A DNA stretch of 64,000 bases from Candidatus Omnitrophota bacterium (GTDB lineage: Bacteria > Omnitrophota > Gorgyraeia > B26-G9): NCBI GenBank assembly GCA_043814605.1, contig JBDRJV010000047.1, positions 5,077-69,076 of the forward strand. Direction: 5' to 3'. The position numbers and the translations under genes are program-made. Each line of letters begins with the position of its first letter. The first letter of the stretch is position 1. Below are positions 20,214 to 29,557 of the stretch, piece by piece. The notes beneath the pieces were generated by a model. The model had not been told where the DNA came from, made no database searches, and saw nothing but the letters and a program-made list of their open reading frames with translations.

Positions 20214-20274
20214 AAAGCTAAAATTCACCGCAAATGCGGGACAGGCAAGACCTGAATCCATGCCTTAGGAAATG

Positions 20275-20376
20275 GAACTCCCACGGGCTAAACATGGTTC
20301 CTGGGGTGGAATACTCAAGCGGCATCCTTTTATCCGCGCCATAAATGGGCGCGGTTTTAGGCCGCGGATGTATAAA
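20275..20376 (-). repeat. ~110-bp GC-rich structured element, copy B (inverted; 60 nt downstream of the transposase stop)
   Basis: Reverse complement matches copy A at ~93% identity. Confidence 0.7.
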
Positions 20377-20421
20377 ATGCTAAAATTCAAGACCTGACCC
20401 CATTACGCTTTATTCGCAGAA

Positions 20422-21438
20422 TTGTTGAATGAGTTCTTTGAAAATAGTGAATTAAAATTAACTTTTGAAGTTTTATTATGCAATATTGGAATAAGCGCTA
20501 AAAAAGTGGCAGCATTATCAGCGTTGATTTTTTACAGAGATTATATTTTAGATGGTGGTTACTATCCTATGGGGGGAATGGATGAGTTTGCTAAAATTTT
20601 ATCAAACAGATTTGTTGAGTTAGGAGGAGAATTAATTTTAAATAATAGAGTTAATAAAATTTGTTTGTATAAAAATACAATTAAAGGGGTAGTATTAAGC
20701 GATGGAAAGTTTATTGATAGTAAATTAGTTGTTTCTAATTCTGATGCTACTCAAACATTTAAAGATTTGTTAGCAGATATAGATACAAAAGAAAAAAAAC
20801 TGGTTGAGCAATTTAAAATTTCCCCACCATTATTTGCTTTGTATTTAGGATTAGATTGTAAGTATAGTGATTTTACAAATGAAACATGTAATATGTGGTG
20901 GGTTAAAACGAATGATTTGGATAGCTACTATTCTGATTTAAAAAATAATATTTTAAGCGACAGTAATAATTTTTTTATGACCAGTTTTCCTGCGGCACAT
21001 ACAAATAATGTTGATGCTAACATAAAAAACACTATGCAATTTTTTATGTATGCTCCATATGAAAATGAGGATTTTTGGGGTAAACATAGGATAAGAGTTG
21101 AAGATAAATTAATAAATGAAGCGTCTGCAATTTTTAAAGGGTTTAAAAAAAATATAAAAGTTAAAGTTAGTGCGACACCTTTAACGTTTAATCGGTATAC
21201 CTTAAATAGATCAGGTTCTCCTTACGGGTGGGCGTCAACATTGGACCAATTAAGCAATTCAGTTTTTCCTCAAAAAACGTCAATAAATAATTTATATTTA
21301 GTTGGGCATTGGTGTACCATAGGTAGCGGGCAAGGCGGGGTTCCAAAAGTATTGTTTTCGGGGAGAAAAGCTGCATATTTAATAACTAAGCAAGCAAAAA
21401 TGAAATGGAAATTTAAGAAAAATATTTTAACTTATTAA
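20422..21438 (+). pseudogene. 5'-truncated paralog of the CrtI-like FAD oxidoreductase (lacks the FAD-binding N-terminus)
   Basis: Aligns to residues ~155-488 of the 15644 ORF (ILDGGYYP, GHW.T.GSGQGGV) at ~40% identity. The reading frame begins right after the transposase-plus-GC-element. Confidence 0.6.
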
Positions 21439-21452
21439 GATTGGAATAAATA

Positions 21453-23684
21453 ATGAACCTTTTTTCTTTTTCGTCATTAATAGTTTTTGTATCAAATTTG
21501 ATTTTGACTATTTTTTTATTGATTCAAGGAAGGAAGCAAAAAGTTAGTTATATTTTGAGTATTTTTAGCTTGCTTGCTACTGTTTGGGGATTAGGCGCGT
21601 ATAAATTTTCTTCTACCAACTTGATTGAAGAAGCTTTATTTTGGAGAAAGATAGCTAATGTGGCAGTTATTTTTAGCCCTGTTTGTTACTATTATTTTAT
21701 ATGTGAATATTTAGAGTTAAAGAACAAAAAGCATAAAATGCTTCTTTTTGTATCTTTTCTTTTTAGCATATTTTTTGTTTTTTCGAATTTCTTTTTACCG
21801 CCTAAGTTTTTTGTTGGTGGTTTAAGAATCGTTTTTAGCCAGTTCTACTATCCAGATTGGTTTCAATATAAGAGTTTTTTGTATTTATTTTTTTATGGAA
21901 CATTTTATTTGTTATTATTAGGATATGCTTTTCTTTTATTGCTGACGGCATATGTAAAAGCTACCCCTAAGCTAAGAAATACATTGAAGTATTTTATTTT
22001 GGGTTCAGTATTTGGATGGTTAGGCCCGACGTTTATGTGGCTGATAGAATTTAGAATAGACATATATCCTTATGCAAATTTCTTAATAGCAATATACCCA
22101 GCAATTTGGGCCTATGCTATTATAAAACATCGTTTAATGGATATTAAAGTTGCAATTACGCGCGGAGCAATTCTTTTAATAGTTTACGGATTTATCGTAG
22201 GATTGCCATTATTAACAATTTTAATAGCAAAAGATTATTTGCAAAATAATTTTGCAGATAAATGGTTTTATCCGCCATTGGCTTTGTATACTCTGTTAGC
22301 TTTATTTGCGCCGTATATTTATCTAACATTGCAAACAAAAGCTGAGCAAAAAAGAATACGTCAGCAAATCCATTTGCATCAATCTTTAAAAGCCGCGTCT
22401 AAAACTACCATTGAAGTGCAAAGCATTGATAAGCTGGCTAAAATCATTCCTAGGTACCTAATTAGGCTTTACAGCCGATTGGACAATAAGATCAGCCACA
22501 TTACATTATTCCTTAAAGATAAGAAAAAAGAAGAGTATAATTTGCGTTCATCTGTAGGAAACCAAAAATTGCAATCAGATATTTTGATTAATTCCGATAG
22601 CTACCTTGTGAAATGGTTTACCAAGGTCAGAGAAGTTTTAGTAGAAAACGGAGTATTAAGAGCCAAGGAAGTGGAAGTATTGGTTTATGAGGATATTGAT
22701 TTTTGGATGAATAAGGCTAGTATTTTAAGTGTGCCTTATAAAGGCTTGAATAAAGTATTATTAAATCTAAAAAAAGAAATGAGGGGATTAAAAGCCAGTG
22801 TGATTTTACCCTCTGTCTACCAAAAAGAATTGTTAGGGTTTTTGATTTTAGGCGAGAAAACTCCGGATCCGTATTCTTTAAATGATATTGATACTTTGTT
22901 AATCCTATCAAATGATATGACAATAGCTTTAAAATCACAGGAAATTATTGAAGATTTGACAAAAACACAAGCACATTTAGTGCAGTCAGAGAAACTAAAG
23001 GTTGTGGGAGAAATAGCTTCTTGTTTAGCTCATGAAGTAAAAAATCCGCTAACAACTCTAAAAACTTTCTCTGAATATTTACCACAAAAGATGCAAGAAA
23101 AAGATGAAGAATTTATTGAAAAGTATCGCAGATTGGTTCCTCCTGAGATTGAAAGGATAAATTCAATAGTTCAGAAATTATTAGATTTTTCTAAGCCAAA
23201 TCTTCCTAATTTTCAAAAAACAGATTTAAAAGCGTTGATAAAAGAGGTGGTAGAGTTTTTGAGTGAGAAGTTTTTAAAAAATAAAATAAAAGTAATAGAA
23301 AATTATTCGAAAGATTCCCTAATGCTAAAAATTGATCAGCACCAGATAAGACAAGTATTGTTGAACCTGATATTAAACGCGATAGATGCTATGCCCGAAG
23401 GAGGCAATATTAGTATAAGCTCAGAAATGTTAGATAACGCTATAAAAATAGAAATTAGTGATACAGGCAAAGGGATTCCTGAGGATGAGTTGAAAAATAT
23501 CTTTGATCCGTTCTTTACCAAGGGTAAGGAAAACGGTACAGGGCTAGGCTTGTTTGTGGCCAACCAGATCATGAGCCTGCATAATGGTTTAATAAAAGTT
23601 AAAAGTAAGTATGGCGAAGGCACCAGTTTTGTGCTAAAATTTGCTTTAGGCGATGAAGGGCCCAAGGGAACGGAGAAGAGTTAA
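21453..23684 (+). CDS. sensor histidine kinase, multi-TM sensor + GAF-like middle + HisKA + HATPase_c
   Basis: HEVKNPLTTLKTF H-box. The middle domain and the last ~90 aa are near-identical to the 17110 kinase. The DHp domain matches the 30290 kinase instead. Confidence 0.85.
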   Translation: MNLFSFSSLIVFVSNLILTIFLLIQGRKQKVSYILSIFSLLATVWGLGAYKFSSTNLIEEALFWRKIANVAVIFSPVCYYYFICEYLELKNKKHKMLLFVSFLFSIFFVFSNFFLPPKFFVGGLRIVFSQFYYPDWFQYKSFLYLFFYGTFYLLLLGYAFLLLLTAYVKATPKLRNTLKYFILGSVFGWLGPTFMWLIEFRIDIYPYANFLIAIYPAIWAYAIIKHRLMDIKVAITRGAILLIVYGFIVGLPLLTILIAKDYLQNNFADKWFYPPLALYTLLALFAPYIYLTLQTKAEQKRIRQQIHLHQSLKAASKTTIEVQSIDKLAKIIPRYLIRLYSRLDNKISHITLFLKDKKKEEYNLRSSVGNQKLQSDILINSDSYLVKWFTKVREVLVENGVLRAKEVEVLVYEDIDFWMNKASILSVPYKGLNKVLLNLKKEMRGLKASVILPSVYQKELLGFLILGEKTPDPYSLNDIDTLLILSNDMTIALKSQEIIEDLTKTQAHLVQSEKLKVVGEIASCLAHEVKNPLTTLKTFSEYLPQKMQEKDEEFIEKYRRLVPPEIERINSIVQKLLDFSKPNLPNFQKTDLKALIKEVVEFLSEKFLKNKIKVIENYSKDSLMLKIDQHQIRQVLLNLILNAIDAMPEGGNISISSEMLDNAIKIEISDTGKGIPEDELKNIFDPFFTKGKENGTGLGLFVANQIMSLHNGLIKVKSKYGEGTSFVLKFALGDEGPKGTEKS

Positions 23685-23884
23685 AATTTAATATTGTGTA
23701 GTGTTTAATGTGTTATGTGTCATGAATTTTTATGCAGCAAGCTCCAGGCTGCAAGCTTCAGGGGTTTTAGCTTGCGACTTGAAGCTTGAGGCTTGTGGCT
23801 TATATTTTTTCATTAAACAATAAACTTTACACATTACACAAAAATTTACGGATATTATATTGATTTATACACGGAGGTTAAAAG

Positions 23885-24922
23885 ATGCTGGAGATTTTGG
23901 TTGTTGATGATGAGCAAGAAATTGCTAAGGCACTAAAGAGATTTTTTGATCAAAAAGGATATTCTGTCCATATTGCCCATGACGGGAAAACTGCTGTTGA
24001 GCTGGTTAGGCAGCACCGGCCTCACCTTGTGTTCTTAGATATTCGTATGCCGCTGATGGATGGGTTAAGTGTGTTACGGAATATCCGTAATTATGACACG
24101 ACAATAAAAGTAATCATGGTTACAGCTTTTGGTACAAAAGAAATTGTTAATGAAGCTATGCGCCTGGGCGCAGTGGATTTTATCCGCAAACCTTTTACCC
24201 GTACATATCTGGAGCAGGAAGTTATGGCTAAGGTTAGCATCCAGCTTTTTGAAGATCTTCGCCAGGAAGTAGATGAGAAAAATAAATTAATTGATCAGCT
24301 TGAGAATTTAAACCAGAGAGCAGCAAGAAATTTTTATCAGACCGTGCTTTCTCTGGCTGCCGCATTAGAATCACGGGATTATTATACCCATGGCCATTCT
24401 GAACGCGTGGAAATGTACAGTAAACTTATTGCCAAAGAATTAAAAACAACGCTGGGTTTAGATATTAATAAGAAATTTATGGATGATTTGCATATTGAAT
24501 CAAGATTGCATGATATTGGTAAGATCGCGGTTTCAGATACAGTCCTGAATAAACCCGGAAGATTGACTCATGCTGAATACAATGAAATAAAAAGGCATCC
24601 GGGTGAAAGCGCGAGAATTCTGGCGCCATTAGATAATATTAAAGAAAATATAGAAGTTATTTATTCTCATCATGAACGCATTGACGGAAAAGGTTATCCG
24701 GATAATAAGACTGATAAAAAAATCCCATTAAGAGCCAAGATTATTGCTGTAGCTGATGCTTTTGATGCGATGACGTCAGACCGTCCGTACCGAAAAGCAA
24801 TGTCTGGAAAATATGCATTTACCGAACTTGAAAAAAACAAAGAAATTCAGTTTGATGCAGAAGTTGTTCATGCTTTTGTCTCTGCATATAATAAAAAAGA
24901 AACAATAGCTTTAAAAATTTAA
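23885..24922 (+). CDS. response regulator with HD-GYP phosphodiesterase output domain
   Basis: REC domain (VVDDE, FLDIRMPLMDG) plus HD..H..HHER.DGKGYP motifs. Confidence 0.85.
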   Translation: MLEILVVDDEQEIAKALKRFFDQKGYSVHIAHDGKTAVELVRQHRPHLVFLDIRMPLMDGLSVLRNIRNYDTTIKVIMVTAFGTKEIVNEAMRLGAVDFIRKPFTRTYLEQEVMAKVSIQLFEDLRQEVDEKNKLIDQLENLNQRAARNFYQTVLSLAAALESRDYYTHGHSERVEMYSKLIAKELKTTLGLDINKKFMDDLHIESRLHDIGKIAVSDTVLNKPGRLTHAEYNEIKRHPGESARILAPLDNIKENIEVIYSHHERIDGKGYPDNKTDKKIPLRAKIIAVADAFDAMTSDRPYRKAMSGKYAFTELEKNKEIQFDAEVVHAFVSAYNKKETIALKI

Positions 24923-25185
24923 AAACTACTTTGAAACTACTTCGTATAAGGAAGCTAAATCCGCCAAGTGTTTTCAAAGAAGAGAACAGTGGCGAGATAA
25001 AAAGCGAGTAATAGGACGCAGTGTTTATCAGGATTTATCAGTGTTCTCTGATTTACCCTGAGCTTTTTTCGAAGGGGATTCCTTAGAGGGAAAAGTAAAT
25101 ATATGTTGACAAAATAACATAAATATGTTATTTTTACAGTTAAAATAACATGTACACGTAGAACCTAAAAGTATAGGCATGATAA

Positions 25186-26334
25186 ATGCATTTTAAACGC
25201 AGCTTAAACCTTAAAAAATTCAATACAAGCTTATTTCTTTTTGGCCCTCGTTTAACAGGAAAAACTACATTATTAAAATTACTTTCCTTTGATGAATATT
25301 TTGATTTGCTAGATCCGGAATTAGAACTGGAGTATCGAACAAATCCTAAGCAATTTTGGCAGCAAATATCCGCGATGAAAAAAGGATCCCGCATCATTGT
25401 CGATGAGATTCAAAAAGTGCCGATACTTTTAAATTATGTGCAAAAAGCAATAGATCAGCTAGGGCATAAATTTATTCTCTCAGGATCAAGCGCCAGAAAA
25501 TTAAAACGCGGCGGAGCAAATCTTTTAGGTGGGCGGGCGTTAGATTTAAGACTGCATCCTTTAACATCCGAAGAATTAGGAGATAATTTTTCCTGTGATT
25601 TTAGTATGCAGTATGGAACATTACCGCGAATTTCTGATTTAATCAGTGAAAATAATTTAGACTTAGCTAAGCAGCATTTAAAAAGTTATATTTCAACCTA
25701 TCTTAAAGAAGAAATTCAAGCGGAAGCATTGACTCGGAATGTGGGCGCTTTTAACCGGTTTTTGAATATTGCCGCACAAAGTAATGGCCAGTTTATTGAA
25801 TTTTCTAATATTTCCCGGGAATGCTCTGTGCCGGCAAGCACGGTGAAGGAATATTATCAAATTCTTGAAGATACTTTAATCGGATTTTTTTTGTGGCCAG
25901 ATGATCGCAGTGAGAGAAAAAAAGCAAGGCCTAAATTTTATTTTTTTGATTGCGGTGTCTTAAGATCAATACAAAACAGGCTTAATGATCCTCCTACAGC
26001 TATTGAATTAGGGTGTCTTTTTGAAACATGGTTTGTTAATGAAATATTGCGCTTAAGAGATTATCTGGGCAAAGAACATCAGTTTTCTTTTTGGCGGGAG
26101 AGAGACCAGGAAATTGATATTTTAATTTCAGGGGGCCGGGGGGTAATTTTAGCGATTGAATGTAAATCCGGGAAAGTTAATAAGTGCCCAAATGCTGTAA
26201 ATAGTTTTAAAAAAAAGTTTCCTAAAGTTCCGATTATAATTGCTTCGTTACAAGAACCCAAAGCTAAACTTGTGGGGAATGTGAAAGTTTTACCTTATAA
26301 ACAAGCGATAGATTATTACAAAAATTTAAAATAA
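25186..26334 (+). CDS. AAA+ ATPase with C-terminal DUF4143 / PD-(D/E)xK-like domain (COG1373 family)
   Basis: GPRLTGKTT, IVDEIQ, C-terminal EIDILI...AIECKS. Confidence 0.8.
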   Translation: MHFKRSLNLKKFNTSLFLFGPRLTGKTTLLKLLSFDEYFDLLDPELELEYRTNPKQFWQQISAMKKGSRIIVDEIQKVPILLNYVQKAIDQLGHKFILSGSSARKLKRGGANLLGGRALDLRLHPLTSEELGDNFSCDFSMQYGTLPRISDLISENNLDLAKQHLKSYISTYLKEEIQAEALTRNVGAFNRFLNIAAQSNGQFIEFSNISRECSVPASTVKEYYQILEDTLIGFFLWPDDRSERKKARPKFYFFDCGVLRSIQNRLNDPPTAIELGCLFETWFVNEILRLRDYLGKEHQFSFWRERDQEIDILISGGRGVILAIECKSGKVNKCPNAVNSFKKKFPKVPIIIASLQEPKAKLVGNVKVLPYKQAIDYYKNLK

Positions 26335-26422
26335 AAACAAAAGAGAAACAAATAATTCAAATAATAATATTGATTTAACGCGGGCAATTCATGAATTGCC
26401 CCTTATATGCGGAGGAATGTGC

Positions 26423-27472
26423 ATGCTGAAAATTCTGGTTGTAGACGATGAACCGGCAATAACCGATATTCTGGAAAATTTCTTTAAAAAGAAAAAATAC
26501 GAAGTATATGTTGCCAATAACGGACAGATTGCCTTAGATATTATCAAAGAACAAAGGCCGCATCTAGTGTTTCTGGACGTTAAAATGCCGGTTATGGACG
26601 GCTTAACAGTATTGCGTAATATCCGCATGATTGATAATAGTATTAAAGTAATTATGGTGACAGCCTATGAGGATGAAGAAACAGTTAAAGAAGCAAAATC
26701 ATTAGGGATTGTCGATTATATCCATAAACCGTTTAAGCTGGAATATCTGGAAAAAGATGTTATTGAAAAAGTTAATGCCCAGCTATTTGGGGATTTACGG
26801 CAGGAATTAGACGAAAAAAGCAAACTGGTTGAACGCTTGGCGCAGGAAGTAGAAAAAGTAAGCACTTTAAATAAAAAATTAAAACGAAATTTTTACCAAA
26901 CAATACTTTCTTTAGCTACCGCATTAGAAGCCCGCGACCGCTACACCCACGGCCACTCTGAACGCGTGGATCTGTACAGCAAGCTTATTGCCGAAGAATT
27001 AAAAGAAGGATTTAGCTGGAAAATAGATGATGAGTTTATGGAAAAACTGCATATTGAATCAAGATTGCATGATATCGGGAAGATCGCTATCCCGGATATG
27101 GTTCTAAATAAACCGGGAAAATTAGATGATGAGGAGTTTAACCAGATTAAATCTCATCCTGTATACAGTGCGCATATTTTAGAGCCGTTAGAAGATTTAA
27201 AAGAAAGCAGTGAAGTAATCCGGCACCATCACGAACGCGTTGACGGAAGAGGTTATCCCAGCGGATTTACCCGGGAACAGATGCCGGTACGCTCAAGAAT
27301 TATTGCAGTGGCAGATTCATATGATGCCATGACATCAGACCGGCCTTATCGAAAATCAATGCCGATTGAAACTGCATTATCTGAACTTGAGAAAAATAAA
27401 GGCACACAGTTTGACGCTGAAGCTGTAGACGCGTTTATCAGCGCTTATAAAAAAGGTAAAATTCCCAATTAG
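26423..27472 (+). CDS. response regulator with HD-GYP phosphodiesterase output domain (paralog of 23885)
   Basis: MLKILVVDDE start by analogy to the paralog (MLEILVVDDE). GGAGG RBS 8 nt upstream. HHERVDGRGYP. The ORF track extends to an upstream ATG at 26396. Confidence 0.8.
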   Translation: MLKILVVDDEPAITDILENFFKKKKYEVYVANNGQIALDIIKEQRPHLVFLDVKMPVMDGLTVLRNIRMIDNSIKVIMVTAYEDEETVKEAKSLGIVDYIHKPFKLEYLEKDVIEKVNAQLFGDLRQELDEKSKLVERLAQEVEKVSTLNKKLKRNFYQTILSLATALEARDRYTHGHSERVDLYSKLIAEELKEGFSWKIDDEFMEKLHIESRLHDIGKIAIPDMVLNKPGKLDDEEFNQIKSHPVYSAHILEPLEDLKESSEVIRHHHERVDGRGYPSGFTREQMPVRSRIIAVADSYDAMTSDRPYRKSMPIETALSELEKNKGTQFDAEAVDAFISAYKKGKIPN

Positions 27473-27515
27473 GGTGAAGGGTGATGGTGGAAGGGGGAGG
27501 AAAAGCTTTTTTCTT

Positions 27516-27587
27516 GCTACTTTCTACTCTTTGAGAACATTAATATATTTTCAGCGAAATCCCGCTAAGGCGGGGCTCCTCGCTACT
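27516..27587 (+). repeat. REP-like element, copy 3 (immediately upstream of mtnP)
   Basis: ctactctttgagaacattaatatattttcagcgaaatcccgctaaggcggggctcctcgctac. Confidence 0.8.
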
Positions 27588-27608
27588 AATCAATAACTAG
27601 GAGCGATT

Positions 27609-28469
27609 ATGGAAAAAATTAAAATTGCGATTATCGGCGGCAGCGGGATTTATGATATTGAAGGGGTAAAAGACGTCACTACCTTGGATATCGATACTCC
27701 GTTTGGAAAACCTTCGGACAAAATTATTGTGGGAACTTTAGAAGGCGTAAGATTTGCGTTTTTACCGCGGCATGGACGAGGACACAGAATATCTCCGTCA
27801 GAGTTAAATTTTAGAGCTAATATTTACGCTTTAAAATCAATCGGGGTTGAGCAAATTCTTTCGATATCTGCAGTGGGCAGTTTAAAAGAAGAGTTAAAAC
27901 CGCGTGATTTTGTTGTGCCGGATCAGCTTTTTGACCATACAAAAGGCCGGCCAAGTACATTTTTTGGCGAAGGGATTGTGGCGCATGTCGGTATAGCTGA
28001 CCCGTTTTGTCCGGACTTAAGCCGCATTGCTTATGAAACGATTAAAAACTTGGGCATTGCTGTGCATAAGGGCGGGACTTATATTTGTATCGAAGGGCCG
28101 CAATTTTCTACCAAAGCCGAGTCAAATGCTTATCGCAAGATAGGTTTTTCGATTATTGGTATGACTGCTATGCCCGAAGCAAAGCTCGCCCGGGAAGCAG
28201 AAATATGCTATACAACCATTGCATTGGTTACGGATTATGATGTGTGGAAAGAAGATGAAGAAGTGACTTTAGAAAAAGTTCTGGCAAATCTATCCGCAAA
28301 TACAGAAAACGCTAAAAAGTTTATTAAAACCGTATTACCAAAACTGGTGCGGGAATTGAAATGCTCCTGCCAAAGCGCATTATCCACAGCCATTGTCACA
28401 GCTCCTGACGCCATGCCAAAAAAGACAAAAGAAAAATTAGGTTTGCTGATTAAAAAATATGTGAAATAA
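27609..28469 (+). CDS. mtnP: S-methyl-5'-thioadenosine phosphorylase (MTAP/PNP family)
   Basis: IGGSGIYDI N-terminal motif and a phosphate-binding region typical of MTAP. Confidence 0.8.
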   Translation: MEKIKIAIIGGSGIYDIEGVKDVTTLDIDTPFGKPSDKIIVGTLEGVRFAFLPRHGRGHRISPSELNFRANIYALKSIGVEQILSISAVGSLKEELKPRDFVVPDQLFDHTKGRPSTFFGEGIVAHVGIADPFCPDLSRIAYETIKNLGIAVHKGGTYICIEGPQFSTKAESNAYRKIGFSIIGMTAMPEAKLAREAEICYTTIALVTDYDVWKEDEEVTLEKVLANLSANTENAKKFIKTVLPKLVRELKCSCQSALSTAIVTAPDAMPKKTKEKLGLLIKKYVK

Positions 28470-28493
28470 TTTATAGGCTGCAGGTTTCAATTC

Positions 28494-28555
28494 ACCCCGT
28501 CTCAGCGGGATTTCGCTAAAAATTAAATTAATGGTCTCAACAAGTCACAAGTCTA
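28494..28555 (-). repeat. REP-like element, copy 4, variant hairpin CCCGCTGAGACGGGG (immediately downstream of mtnP, inverted relative to copy 3)
   Basis: Reverse complement matches the consensus. Followed by the gcttgcagcctggaacttgatgcat module. Confidence 0.75.
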
Positions 28556-28636
28556 AAAAACCCTGAGGCTTGCAGCCTGGAACTTGATGCATAAAAATTC
28601 ATTATGCAATTATTGGAATTTTTATCTGCTTCGTTT

Positions 28637-29557
28637 TTAACTTCTATAGTCTAGTTGCGATAAACGGGATTCGATAATACGCAAAAAATCTTTTTTTTCT
28701 TGATCCGTAAGCCGGGAATTATTAACAAGCTCTTTGATGTTGCTGATTTTAGTTAAAATATTTTTAAAGCAGGTTTCAGTTTTAATGCCTAGATAATCCG
28801 CAAAATATTTAAAGTCAGCGTAAGTGATTTTATTTTTTTTACCGTTTAAAGTCAAAGCCAGATCATCTTCATCAGGAATTACCAGTTTTGTACAAACGAT
28901 GTCATAAGCCGGGCTTAAGCGGATGCGGCCTTGCGGGGTGTAAATCAGGGAAAAGTTTTTTAGATGAGCGTCCCCGTTGCCGATTATGAAAAAAAGCAGG
29001 ACTCTTTCGAAAAATAACTGCACATCCAGTCCCGGGAATTCAGACGAAGTTTTTATTTTTTGGCCGATTTTTTCTAAGGAACATTTATATTTACCTTCTT
29101 CGGTTAAGATCTGCATAAAATCTTCCATGTGCAGTTTTTCTTTTTTATCCCGGTCAAAACGTTTTACGATGTAAGCCGTGCTATTATCAGCCAACTGGAT
29201 TAAAGTATGCGAGGGCACTGCTATTCCCAGATTATAGGCAATGTTCATGCAGAGGTTTTCATTCTGCGGGATATTCGGAAAAGTTTCTAACTGAGGTTTT
29301 AAAATATATTCACCGTTTTCCTGGGCAACTTCTAATTTTTTATTTTTTCGGTTGAGTTTTAGGGATAGTTTTACTTGTACTCCGGAGATAGACATTTTTC
29401 CCGCCATATCCTGAGCTTTGAGTGATATATTTTTTAAATCAATATCAATTTTGGGAAAATAATCCGTGTTAAAAAGCTTTTTTAAACAGCGGGAATGATA
29501 TTCAGAATCATTTTTAGTTTTTATTCCGCAAAAATCACAATACTTATTCATGAACAA
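28637..29557 (-). CDS. hipT: HipA-family Ser/Thr kinase toxin lacking the N-terminal subdomain (HipT-like)
   Basis: Gly-rich loop SISGVQVKLS, catalytic loop GNGDAHLKNFS, SPAYDIV. 306 aa. Overlaps the upstream 109-aa gene by 14 nt. Confidence 0.75.
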   Translation of the reverse strand: MFMNKYCDFCGIKTKNDSEYHSRCLKKLFNTDYFPKIDIDLKNISLKAQDMAGKMSISGVQVKLSLKLNRKNKKLEVAQENGEYILKPQLETFPNIPQNENLCMNIAYNLGIAVPSHTLIQLADNSTAYIVKRFDRDKKEKLHMEDFMQILTEEGKYKCSLEKIGQKIKTSSEFPGLDVQLFFERVLLFFIIGNGDAHLKNFSLIYTPQGRIRLSPAYDIVCTKLVIPDEDDLALTLNGKKNKITYADFKYFADYLGIKTETCFKNILTKISNIKELVNNSRLTDQEKKDFLRIIESRLSQLDYRS

